Made by a program: the position numbers and the translations under genes
From: Paraglomus brasilianum
Lineage: Eukaryota
DNA length: 34,908 nt
Direction: 5' to 3'
NCBI GenBank assembly: GCA_910592345.1
Contig: CAJVPI010000007.1
Location: forward strand, 62,001 to 96,908
In this document: piece by piece, positions 13,701-25,599 of the stretch
Layout of the letters: the number at the start of each line of letters is the position of its first letter
How positions within the stretch are numbered: the stretch's first letter is position 1
The notes under the pieces: model-generated
What the model was told of the DNA's origin: nothing
Seen by the model: only the letters and a program-made list of their open reading frames with translations
The model's database searches: none

Positions 13701-14307
13701 AGTTCCCTCATTTGTACCCCCTTCATTTATATTAATTTTATTGGTAATATATTCTGTTAACAAGGTCTGGCGTTTAGACTTTCTACCAACTCATCTAAAC
13801 GTCGAATTATATATATCACGAACGTATCTAATATCTTCTTCAGTTGTAAATTCACTTTGTTCTGAAAATTTTTTAACTTTCAAGTGATATATTTTTTCTT
13901 TGTTTTCTACGTCACTTGAATTTGCAGGTTTAGCCATATTTAGGGAACGAAAAATTTGATTTGAAGAGAATTTATCAGTGATGGGTCAATTAAACACAGT
14001 TCTTTAGTATTAGTATTAGTAAGATTGTAACAGTAAATGATTTGAATTTCGTAAAGTAAGAAAGTGATATGTTTATAATTATTATGGGAAATTGGGATAT
14101 TGGGGATATTGGGGATAGGGATATCTGAGTGGGATACAACTGAGGGAAATTTATACAGAGATACAATAGTCCAGCATCAAGACTGGGGTTATTATTATAT
14201 CCGAAGGGTGGGTATTAAAATTGCTTGTGTTACTCAATTACAATTAATAAATATATTTCAGTTATATCCCCGCTTCCCGAGGTGGGGACATAAACGAGGG
14301 ACGACTG
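13701..14307 (-). mobile_element. Degraded pogo-like transposon remnant
   Basis: The right end GGGGACATAAACGAGGGACGACTG|TA is an imperfect inverse of TCCCTCATTTGTACCCC at ~13704. A minus-strand remnant ends KSKRQTLLTEYITNK. Confidence 0.45.
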
Positions 14308-14593
14308 TATATCATAAATTTCATAAATCAACCAATGATTGCTGATTGCTAAAATTTTAATAATGAATTCCTTCGCGGCTCTACGTATATGGAAATCATA
14401 CTGATACTATCTTTACAAAAAAGCGATGTTAGGAAAACGCTCAATACTTGGACTCTCAGATCTTCTGGTTTATTTTTCTAGTGAATCCGCACAGATTCTT
14501 TGTGTCTAGTGTCTGTGTTGCCAATGCAACCTCAAATGGGTAACAAACACAGATTCTTTGATTCTATCTCTCTCATATTTGCAGGAACATATC

Positions 14594-16977
14594 ATGGCTC
14601 TCTCAAAAGTCAAAGTAGTAGTAGGCATCGGTATGTGAAAAAATTGTTCTAACCTCGTATGTTTTGGATCAAACATCAACATAACCGAGACCGTTTTTAT
14701 GTCGATGAATTGTTATTAGATTTTGGAACAACTTGTAGTAAGTTTAAGAAACATGCGCACCCGGAGATGAAGAAAGTTATAAAGACAGAACGACAAGCTA
14801 ATTGTTCTTGGTTCATGGTAAAGGCGGAATTGCATTTGCATATAAAGGCGACGTACGACAAATAGAAGTTAATGACAAATGGTAAACGAAAATGATACGT
14901 CTATATTTCGAAAACGTTTGTTTCTTTCCTCCGACCACTCCGTTTACGCTTCGCATGCACTTGTACCTTTTCCCACTACCGAAAATTTTAATCACCTAGG
15001 CCAGGCCGCCTCGGCCATTTGAAAACAAACACAGCCATTCTTTACGACGAAGACTGGAAAGTTTTGAAATGGGGAGCTGCTGCTTACCTTGGTCGCCCGC
15101 GGGCTAGGGATGCCGAGAGTAGGCGTCAATTAAAGCCAGTAGATCTATTCAAGTTACATTTGGGTGACAATATGCCCGGCGAAAAGCCGCAACTACCACC
15201 AGGATTGGATTTTAAGAAAGCTATCAGTGATTATTTGGCCGAATTGTGGCAAGTAAGTTGTGCAAAGAGGGAGAGAGGGGGGAAGGGGGAGTAGGAAAAG
15301 AAAAATTCTGGTTTCTACTACCTTGTATGTTAAATTCACTACAGTGCACAAAAGAAATTCTCGAAAAACGTTGGCCTGCAGTTTCGATGGATGAAGAGGT
15401 CCTAAAGGTCTTGACAATTCCTGCAGAATTTAACGAAAATACGAAAGCAGTAATGAGAAATTGCGCAGCTAATGCAAAAGTTATCGATCACGTTGATTCA
15501 CCGTTACTTGAATTTACTACAGAGCGTAAGTGAAGATATTGCGGGCAAATGACCGAGATGGTGACTACGTATTGAATTTAGACTTGTTCATGTTTTTATT
15601 GTAGCGGAAGCAGCTGCTATTGATTGTTTAGCAAAAGTTGAAGATCATTACAATTTGGAACCGGGAGGTAAAACTCTGTTTGATTGATTACGCTCAACTG
15701 TTAGCTAGTCTTTCCTAATTCTATTTTCTCACTCCTATTCTTCCATCAGACAGTTTCTTAATAGTCGACTGTGGTGGTGGTACAATAGATCTGACAACCC
15801 ATACTCTCCTCCACGGCAAACGTCTCTCAGAGATTACCGAACGCACTGGCTGTTTTTTTGGCTCTACCCATATCGATCGGGCATTTTCCATATTTCTGAC
15901 CAGCAAAGTTTCCATTGCCGCTTTCCGTGAACTGAAAGACAATTATTACTACCAATATCAACAAGTTATCCGAAATTTCTGTGAAAAAGCGAAAATACCG
16001 TTTAATGGTGATGAGGATGATTTTGAACCATATAGTCTGGATATTGATCGTACATGCCCGGCATTAAAAACTATTATGAAACAAATGAACGTGCCAGAGG
16101 TGGAGCAACTAGAAGAGGATAAATGGACGATTGATGTGGAATTTGAGGATATCAAAAACTTTTTTGATCAAAGTATTAATCAGATTTTGGAAGAGATCAA
16201 AAAACAGTTGGCTTCATCAAATGGTCAGATTTCTGCGATTTTCCTGGTTGGTGGGTTTGGCGAGTCGCCATATCTGGTCAAGAGAGTTAGGGAAGAGTTT
16301 AGCAGCAATGTCCCTACTATTGCAGTGCCTGCCCAGCCAATTATTGCCATTGCTCGTGGGGCTGTAGCATATGGTAAGCATAAGAATAAGGATCTTGCCT
16401 CGGTTTGTAAAACTGCTACTCAACCACGCACGTCATGTTAAATTTATTTCATCTCTCAAGGTCTTGATATGCGGGTGGTCCAGACACGTGTTTTAAAATG
16501 GACATATGGAATCGAGGTCAGTTGTCCATGGCAAGCTGGTGACCCTGTGCACCGCAAAGGCAGAGATGGACTTCAACAAACATTCCAGAGGCTTGCTAAG
16601 CGTGGCACCCAAGTAGAAGTAGATGAAGACTTTGTGATAGACTTAAAGCCAACGCACGAAGGACAGACGGAGATGCATTTTCCTATATATTATACATCAA
16701 AAGAAAACTCAAAGTATTGTGATGATCTCGAAATGCGGCGTCTGGGATTATTAACCATCGGTAAGTGGACAGTGAGTTAGGTATGAGAATATGTTAGTCA
16801 TGAATGTGTGGCTGATCCTCTTTTATTTATTTCTTAGATCTTCCTACCACCGCAGATGAAACAGAAAGAACCGTAGAGTTCAGACTGATATTTGGACAAA
16901 TGGAGCTGAAAGCTGCTGCCAAAATTAAAAAGACAGACAAAACTTGTCATGCAGTATTCAAATTGAGCGAATACTAG
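14594..16977 (+). CDS. Hsp70-family actin-like ATPase of the HSPA12 type, multi-exon (includes an 18-nt exon, 14720-14737)
   Basis: Spliced product MALSKVKVVVGIDFGTTCSGIAFA..WPG..KTNTAILYD..LFKLHLG..KKAISDYL..VLTIPAEF..FTTEPEAAAIDC..FLIVDCGGGTIDLT..GSTHIDRAF..IFLVGGFGESPYL..AIARGAVAYG..RVLKWTYGI. TAG at 16975-16977. Confidence 0.9.
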
Positions 16978-17304
16978 ATCACTAAGCAATAGTAATCTTC
17001 TTTTATGACTTAATTTATTTTTACCGTTGTGCAATTTTCGAACATTCCAGAATAAACTACAATTTTCGTACTACATCTACTTGATGTTTTGTGTGGATCA
17101 AATATAAGGAAAATAAACACGGTTAACTCACATTCTTAAACAACCCACATTTTTACAACCCTGGCTCAGAACAAGATTACCTACAAAAGTGCAAGTAAAA
17201 TCCAAGAGACATATGATGTCTCGGTTGAAACATTGCCACCTCCGGAAAGGTTGCCGAATGTGACCAATTAACGATTTGTGACCGCGATCCATCATATAGT
17301 CTGT

Positions 17305-17490
17305 GTTTGCATGTTTCATGCGCGTTTTCGGTTCCGCCATTCAAATACCGACAATCGTAAACATATTTAAAGTCATTATCCCCCAAGCTCTTTAACCATT
17401 GCAATATTTTGCTCATTTGAAAATCAATATCGTAAACACATAATCTCTCCCCTCAATGCTAACATTACCACCACCACCAAAAAGGGTTCA
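17305..17490 (+). repeat. Second copy of the ~170-bp module at 11777-11960 that precedes both Fanzor start codons
   Basis: Near-identical GTTTGCATGTTTCATGCGCGTTTTCGGTTCCGCCATTCAAA...TTTAACCATTGCAATATTTTGCT..TTTGAAAATC...CTCAATGCTAACA at both loci. Confidence 0.9.
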
Positions 17491-18000
17491 AACAAAAGCC
17501 CAAGAGGTTCAAGAAGGAAGTGAAGAAACCTTCAGCAGGCAAGGTGCGAGTATTCGCATTTATCCCAACCAGCAGGAGCGGCTGAAACTCAGAAGATGGA
17601 TGGGAACAGCACGATGGACATACAAACACTGGGGCAAGTCTCGTGGGGAATATTCCTTTCTTTCTAAAATCAAGTCAGCAGAACTTCTTCCAAATAAGCT
17701 TGAATATGATAGCCGTCTTGTTATGAATCGACTTGGGGAATATTATCTTTGTATACCCAGACCACTTGAAATACCAAGGCCCTATATCTCAAAAGGTATT
17801 GATCTAATTTTTTTATTATATTATATTATCTATTAAATTAAAAACTTTAATTAATTATATATTTAATAATTTAATAGTAACATCAGGAGTGATTTCTGTG
17901 TATGACAGGTTATGATCCAAGTGGAGTAGCTGTTGGAAGGGGTAAAAATGACATTGGCTTCAAAGTAAACGCGATTGTATTCATGAAACCGTTACAGGTA
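17456..18000 (+). pseudogene. Second, heavily deleted Fanzor/TnpB-like gene with introns
   Basis: IRIYPNQQERLKLRRWMGTARWTY; LEYDSRLVMNRLGEYYLCIPRPL; GT-AG intron 17796-17877; then SGVIS[DPG motif deleted]MTGYDPSG..GKNDIG. The C-terminus is absent. Confidence 0.8.
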
Positions 18001-18198
18001 AATTTTATTAATTAAATTATTTATTTATTATTGTCACTATAAACTGGCTAGATGGCTTTGCGAAAACTGTCGTATAATATTATTCGCACTCAAGGAATGA
18101 TCCGACGTGATTCCAAGACTGCTCGAGACATTATCAGCATTTGATCCATAAGGCACGTGAGCATCAGTAGTAATTTGTACATAAGTAAAACTTGTAGA

Positions 18199-19637
18199 TG
18201 TGGCCCATTTCGATTTTGCAAAATGTGATAATCTACAGAAAAAATTGTTATCACAGTGATACACATAGCATACTATTCACAATAATATTCATCCTTTGAT
18301 ACTAAATGTATGAGCGAACGAAAAGATTTACTTTATTATTTTAGATTAAACATAATTTCTAGTCGTAAGCTATGAATGATTAGCACAATGGTTATTTGTG
18401 GGATGACAGTTTGAGTTACAACTATTATATACACTTTTACAAGAACATCTTTTCGTTGAACACTTATTGTTACAGTTGCTATCAATCATACGATCGATAC
18501 TTCGTAGTATATCAAAATTGTTAAATTTTCAACAAAGTCATACATCATATACGATCGATGCTTCATAATCCGGATGATGTAACATATCAAAATTGTTAAT
18601 TTTTCAACAATGCTATCCGTATCACATCATACGATTGTTTAATAGGTATCTGACCTGATAACTGCAGATGGCTAAGGCAAGTCAGATGATCTGAACAAAT
18701 ATAATGAATCGAATTTTTAATATTGGCCCTCAAGATTGACATACTAAAATAAACATGTCTAATAATTACTTTAACTTCATATCTCTTGCCGAATTCGATA
18801 AATTGGTGGAGAATTACTTGAATAACATGTCACCCGAGTTCAGTATATAGGTGAAACGAAAACCCTATTACTCGACCGATGTGCGTTAGAGAGGATATGT
18901 ATGATGCAATCGGTTCTGTTCATGAAAACTTGCAACACAAAGATTCGACGAGCTCAAGGAACGATACAGCTACATTCCTAGAAAATTAGTTGTCGCCTTT
19001 GTCAATGTAACTTCTGCACAACTCGATGGCCAATGTTAACTCAAACAGTGGACTTGATCGATCTGAGAATTCAACCGGATGGTGACTACAAATACATAGC
19101 TCATGCCAGAGATTATTTCCCGAGCAAGCGCAAATCCAAGATATAAACACTGGATACTGCAAGCGTTCAGTATAATGCAAATTGGCGAAACGAAAATTAT
19201 ATTACTCAAAAAATGTGTGTGTGTTAGAGAGAATATGTGCGATGTAATCTGTTTTATACAATGTGTATTCAGTGTTAACAAATAACTAGTTGATAAAAGC
19301 GTCAATAATTAGAAACACTAATTTCTTTTCTTTTATTATTATTATGTTATTCATATTTGCTATTCATAAATAAATTCGCTTGTTCGAGTGTTTATTATAT
19401 TGTTGATACATTATGAAAGTGATCAACCCTGGCATAATTCAAATGAAGTTGCTACGTGACGATATTTCCCTTTAGTTATATTTGGAAACTACTACCATCA
19501 CCGCTGCAAAACAAGTTGCATATAACGTTAAGTAAAAAAAATGCTTGTTATACATATTTGGTATAGTCTACAAAATATCTGTTATAGCGCGTGTTACAGT
19601 GACAAAAAATTATTATCACATTTTGCAAAATCGAATG
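18199..19637 (+). mobile_element. Ginger/GIN-like DNA transposon remnant: TIR-bounded, decayed retroviral-type (rve) integrase
   Basis: Inverted repeats CATTTCGATTTTGCAAAATGTGATAAT (~18206) and ATTATCACATTTTGCAAAATCGAATG (19612-19637); the left end starts with TGT. Internal fragments RPMCVREDMYDAIGSVHENLQH, FDELKERYSYIPRKLV, CNFC and VDLIDLRIQPDGDYKYIAHARDYF match an integrase H2C2 finger and the start of an rve core. Confidence 0.7.
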
Positions 19638-20053
19638 TTAATGGTGTTCGTAATATTCTTCTTCGATATCTTGCAAAAAAGGAGTCAGCTTAGGCTGACG
19701 CGGGAGCCTATTCCCTGACAGGACTTGTTATTCCTAATTATTAGTAATGATAGGTCGTTTGGATCACGTATTCTCTAGTTATGTCAAAAGGATTTCCCAA
19801 TTAAAAGGATATTAGTAACTGCGAGGGTGACAATAAAATGTTATAATTCAGATAGTAATTAATATTAATATTAATTTATTAATAACCTCAATGTCACACA
19901 GACGTAATAATAAATTTCCCGGAGATTTAACTCCGAATTTCCTTGCAGCAGGGATGCATAAATTTGTTACAAATAGAAGATAAAAAACAGGCGCCCCCAA
20001 AATTGGATCACCCTTTTCCCTCATCTTTAACTGTACGAACATCATTAATCATC

Positions 20054-22337
20054 ATGGTGGCGTTCGGAAACGGAATTCCATATCGACAAGGCGGGCCTAT
20101 CAAATTGTTGGAATATGATGTAACCACATCGAGGATCGAGTTAGAAGAGGAGGCTTTGGCGATAATTAATGCGATAGACGAGCCGATTGCTGTAATTGCA
20201 GTTGGTAAGAATGAGGAACGGGGTGCTGGGAAGGAATGATTTTATATAACAAGTTGGCTTAAGAAAACCAATTACGCTTTCAATGCCTTATAAACATGTT
20301 TCCCCCCCTTTCTTACGCATTTCTAACGTACTCTAACACCACTCGCCTGCAAAACATAGTTGGAGCATTCCGTCGTGGCAAGTCATTCTTTGCAAATCTT
20401 TTAAATGGTCGACATGACGGCTTCAAACTCGGTAACGAAGTCAAAAGCTGTACACGCGGTATCGACATGTGGGATACTCCTTTCTACCACAACGGTGCTC
20501 GTGTACTTATTCTCGACTGCGAGGGTATCGATGATCCCGAACAAGACTATCGCTGGGCTGTGAAATTATTCATCCTCTGTCTCGTGATTTCTTCTACTTT
20601 TGTATACAACATAAACGGAATCGTTGAGAGAGATGATATCGGACGTTTGTTTTTGATGAGCGATTTGTCAAAGTATATCAGTCCACCAAAGGATACAAAG
20701 TATCTGCCGCATTTGGTGGTTTTGCTAAGGGATTTTCATTTAATAGCACCGGATGACTTTAGAACTCATTTTCTGAATCAACTAGCTGCGGTCAACCGTG
20801 AAGGTGAGAGCTTGATGGGTTGAGTGGGTGGTGGGGTGAGGAGAAGTGGTGGGTTGAGGAGAAGTGGTGGGTTGAAAGCGCGAATGGCTTGCAAGTATGC
20901 TGAGCGACTATTTTACTAACTTTATGCAAATATCAATTTACAAAATAGCTGCTGAGGCGGTAAAAAAGTCATTTGCGGATTTTGATGTGTTTCCATTGTC
21001 GGTAAGATTACAACATTCTCTTATATCTACTTTGTTTCTCCATTTCCCCTCACATTCCCTCCCTCATTTCTTTCTATCGATCCAATTCTGACTTTTTTCC
21101 TCTGATCTACTCATCAGCATCCATGTAGACAGCAGGAAGATCTTCATAAACTTAGTTATCTTCCATCTTCTAGACTCGATCCCACCTTTATCGATCAAGC
21201 TACCCTAGCCATAAATGCAATCTTTGCTTCTCTTTCTCCAAAGTACATTTCGGCTACCTTGATGAACGGCCTTTCCTATGCTAAATTCCTCGAAGCATGT
21301 ATCGATAAAATGAATGACCCTAGAAATTCGGGAGAGCTGTCCATTCCATCGGAATACGAATCTGTAGCCATCTACATTTCTCAAAAGGTGACAAAAAGCA
21401 GCATGACCGTATATAAAAGCAAGATGAATTTTTACTTGAAGGAAAGGGGTGGAATGCCATTGATTTGGGAAGAATTTATAAACGTACATGCGATGGCGTT
21501 TAAAGATGCTCATTTGACTCTGTTGAAAAAATTGATCGGAACGGCGGGGCAGATTAAGAAATTTGAAATAACATTTTTTGACAAAATCGAAGATCACAAG
21601 AAAAAATATCAGAAGGAGAATAGCAAGGGCTTGTACAAGAGGAATGAGGGTATTGCAAAAAGCTGTTGGCATCGTGCTACGTCTGGGCTGATTAATAGTC
21701 GTATGGTATGTACTCTACAAATAATTATGACAAAGATTGTTGGGTTCAGACTTTCTAATTGATTATTACTTTTGCTCAATATCAGAGTGCATCGACTTTT
21801 AAATCAATCATCCTTGGGTTCGAATCCGATTATGGCTTGAATTTGCTTAAATGTCCAGAAGCAGCCCAAGTTCTGACCGACTTTCGTAAAACTCATTACT
21901 CCGAGTTGCGTGAACAGCTCCTCAAATTCGGTGCCATCACTCCCGAAACCGTTCGTCAGCAGACAGAACGCGAACAATTGGAAAGCGAACTGCTTTCTAT
22001 GGTTATAGAAGGCGGAACGCTTCGTACGAAATTAGACTTGACTAAAAAAGAGGCAAGATTGATTAATCTTCAATTTAAACAGAAGATAGAACAACTGGAA
22101 GATAATATAAAAGAGCAGGATAGTGTGAGCAAGAAGAATTTAAAGGCGACGATTGAGGAACATAAGACAGTCGTTGAGGCTGTGGAAAAGGAGCAACAGA
22201 CAAAAATTGATGGTGATGAACAAAACGTATTGACTAAAAGACAGAGATATATAAGGCGAGCGGAAGAGGCTTTAACTGTTATTGGGACTATTGCAGGTAT
22301 TGTTGGAAGTTTGGCTACTATATTTCTAAATCACTAA
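20054..22337 (+). CDS. Guanylate-binding-protein (GBP)/atlastin-family large GTPase with helical/coiled-coil stalk and C-terminal hydrophobic tail, multi-exon
   Basis: EEALAII..DEPIAVIAV|VGAFRRGKSFFANLL (G1), SCTRGIDMW (G2), LILDCEGI (G3), LCLVISSTFVYN, LVVLLRDF (G4, RD) and MNGLSYAKFLEACIDKMN, then a coiled coil ending ALTVIGTIAGIVGSLATIFLNH*. Confidence 0.88.
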
Positions 22338-22763
22338 ACTAAAGCGATTGAATTAGACCCAATTAATATGTAATCATGATGTAGATAGCGATTTATGTAT
22401 AGCATTACCTGAGCAAAAAGTATGGAGAAAAATTACTTGTAATCTGTATTTTTTTAATAAATATATTCAATTCCAATTGAGACAGAAATAACACACTATA
22501 TCTCTATTATATGCTAATTCTATATTGAGTGAGTGGCAACATTAACGTTAATTGTCAATATCACGTGAGAGACTTTTTGTTTGTTTTTGGTTTGCGACTA
22601 ACCTTACAGAGTATTGTGGAATTTTGATATACTCGAAACGAATTATGTAATAATTAAGGTTTAATTAATAAGGGGTTATCATTATTATTGTACTAATACT
22701 AATATAGAAATTAATTACCGTTATTAGTATGGCATTTATTCTTGTACACATACCAGTCCCATA

Positions 22764-22931
22764 CAAGTGACACTATATAACGACATCTTGTTATAACGAC
22801 AGAAATCTTGGAACAAAAATTTTATATTGCTTAGTTGTCGTATGTAGGTTAATTCTCGATATAAGGACATTCTCGATATAGTGGATCATTCGGATTGGAA
22901 CCGAGCGTGTCGTTATATCGAGGCCCACTTG
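22764..22931. mobile_element. pogo/Tc1-type MITE (~170 bp)
   Basis: TA|CAAGTGACACTATATAACGACA ... TGTCGTTATATCGAGGCCCACTTG|TA: imperfect TIRs with TA flanks and internal repeats of the TIR core. Confidence 0.65.
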
Positions 22932-23837
22932 TACTATTATTCGAAATCTGTGTATAGTAATAATTGTCGCGGCTGATGCTGAAAAACGTAGGCGTATTAT
23001 TCAGTGCAACGTGTTTCATAACTTGTTAATGGCAAATAAGGTCGATTCCAATCAAGCGCTGATTTGATTATCTGCTGATTGAACCACGTTTTCTTGATTA
23101 ATATCAACCAGAGGATTGAGAAAGGAGAGCTATAGATCGATCTTATATTTGAGCAATCAAAGGTTATGTATACATTATCCGACGTTTCTAGCATTTTGTT
23201 TTATTAATTGATTTTTAGTAAATATAACGTCATTAACGTATTGGCAGTTGTTTGTCTCGATCTAATTAAATTATGATAACAATTGACTTTTTTAAAAGGC
23301 TTTAGAGGCTCTTAGCAGCCCCAGCCACTCAAACAATTGTACGGTAAAAGCGTATTATATTTTAAGGCTTATTGAACAATGAAAAATAATTACAATCAGC
23401 AGAAATAAAAATATGATTTAGAACTATTATAATTATAACATATTGCTTAATTTAATTCTGGGACAACAGGCATCAACCCATTATGGACTAAACAGATACT
23501 GTTAGTGTGTTTGTATTTTTCAAACTTGTCATCACTGCACAAACTAACCAATTGTCACTGCGCGCACAACGCTTTTTCTATAAACCGTTTAATCATGTGT
23601 TTTAAAGACAAAGTATATTATTTCCTAATTCGACTACTCGTAGCTATGTCTTGACAATTTCCCTCTCTATTAATCTGGAACAATTAAAACAGCATTTCAA
23701 GATAATAACTACGAGAATCTACAGCATTGAGTTCTTGAAATTGGTTCTAACATTCCTCAATGATTAGTCCGACTTTAAACTGTTATTCGTCCTCCTTGTA
23801 CCGCAAGTACAGTTGATGAACTATAGAACCACATTCT

Positions 23838-25079
23838 TTATTCTTTCGCCGCCGGCTCGCTACTCTCTTTCTCTCTCACCAATACTTTAGCGGGATAATA
23901 AACACCCTTGTCTCCTTTTCCTTCTGTATCGTCCACCCTACACCCAACCGCAGGGAAATAACAGATCTGTACTTCATGATCAACGTCATCCATCTCATCC
24001 ACACCAGACCACTCCATAAGCTCCGAGTCTAACTCGCTTCCAGAATCATAAAACTTCGCCTGCAGAGGTGGTTCCTGTGTCTGGAGTTTGAAAAAAAACG
24101 TTTTCAGTATTCGGCAAACTAAATCATTCGCCTTTGCGTCGACTGTCGCTTTCTTCTTGACGTCAGTAAATTTTCGATACTGGGATAATGTCTTATCAAG
24201 GTTGGATACAATGTCGGTGACTAGAGGATGATTCGTGGATGCGAAGCCTCTCGAGCCCAAGACGGCGTTGGAAATTTGCCTGATACGTATTGGAGCAATT
24301 AAAGAGAATTTATCCATGCTTAGTCGACTGTTAACAAAAGTTTGAAGCTGGTTTACTAATATATGAGTCAGTTCTCTGATCTCGCATTCTAGAGTGCTAT
24401 CGGGCGAGCTTGATTGCGTTGACGCCTTTTGAAAATACTCATTGGCTTGGGTAAACACCTCTTCAAATATCAATCTTTGTAAAGCTGCTTGGAGTAGAAT
24501 GTCGTTCATATCGCCTTCCTTTATTCTACACTTGTATTTTTGAAGTAGAGGTTTGAAATTGTCATGATTAATTTCCACTCCTTTCTTGAGATTGGTATAA
24601 TTAGACAAAATTCCATCCAGTTTCTCTAAATCTTTTCTTAACGAATAGGCACTATTGGCATCGTTATCTGACCATCTTATGTTCACGGCTGCTCCAAACC
24701 GCGACTCCATGGATGACAATTCATTCTCAAGGCTTGCCTTTTCCTGTCTGATCTGTGTAAATTCGGTATCTCGTGATTGTGAAGCTTTACGCCACTTTTC
24801 AATATCGTTTTCTAATCGCGCTTTCGTAGATTCTAGCTCATGCACTTTGCGGGTCAGTACATCAATTTTAGATTGCTGGTGATGGTCAATTTTATATTGT
24901 TGTTGACGGTCAATCTGAAATTGCATTTTTTCCGCCTGTTGTATCTGTTCAGGTGCCGCAATTGGATTTGACTGTTGCAATAATTGGTTGGTTGTTGCAA
25001 CGGGTTCTTGGACTACTGGCGGTGGCGGCGGGGTTTCCTGTCTCGCTTCGGCTTCTTGCTTTAAATTTTGTTGAGACAT
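23838..25079 (-). CDS. Intronless 413-aa hypothetical protein: Q/P-rich N-terminus, coiled coil, helical C-terminal domain
   Basis: Uninterrupted ORF with heptad-like region 70-130. The GAAVNIRWSDND, PIRIRQ..LGSRGF, FFKLQTQEP and ICYFPAVG motifs recall, from memory, an expanded uncharacterised Glomeromycota family. Confidence 0.8.
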   Translation of the reverse strand: MSQQNLKQEAEARQETPPPPPVVQEPVATTNQLLQQSNPIAAPEQIQQAEKMQFQIDRQQQYKIDHHQQSKIDVLTRKVHELESTKARLENDIEKWRKASQSRDTEFTQIRQEKASLENELSSMESRFGAAVNIRWSDNDANSAYSLRKDLEKLDGILSNYTNLKKGVEINHDNFKPLLQKYKCRIKEGDMNDILLQAALQRLIFEEVFTQANEYFQKASTQSSSPDSTLECEIRELTHILVNQLQTFVNSRLSMDKFSLIAPIRIRQISNAVLGSRGFASTNHPLVTDIVSNLDKTLSQYRKFTDVKKKATVDAKANDLVCRILKTFFFKLQTQEPPLQAKFYDSGSELDSELMEWSGVDEMDDVDHEVQICYFPAVGCRVDDTEGKGDKGVYYPAKVLVREKESSEPAAKE

Positions 25080-25599
25080 GTTATCACTCGAAGGACTTGT
25101 CGCTTATTTCGCTATGACGAGCTGTGCGTTACGAGTTGATTGAAACGACTTTGTAATATTCGAAGGCTTAGAATGCGAAGTGGCATACAGTAAGAGGCTG
25201 TCGTAATTACTGTTATTCCCTTTCAACGTTTGCCATGTGAGTGAATGTTTTCAGTCAGCTTTATGCCTATTTTTATCGCCATGTTCGACTGTCACAATAA
25301 TCTTATCGTTACAATACGTAGTAATACATTTCATAATTTGATTGGATAATCAAAAACTTGCGCGGGAATAGATTGTAAACGGGAAAAGGAAGGCTCAATA
25401 CATTGACGATTATGTGATGAGCATTTGGGGAGGGTCGGAATTTTTATTTTTGATGTATTGGTTCGCATACGATTGGATTAAGGTCTACTGACAAAACTTA
25501 TACGGCGTAGTATTTCCAATGACTTTAGTTGTTGATCGAAGTCAAGCCACTCTGAGCATTATTATTATTATGGGGGGTTTAATTGTTTAATTTAGATGC

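Noticed and set aside
21205..21672. Antisense ORFs over coding exons (also 24655-24882, 29073-29327, 33613-33951)
   Set aside because: Shadow ORFs of real genes on the opposite strand.
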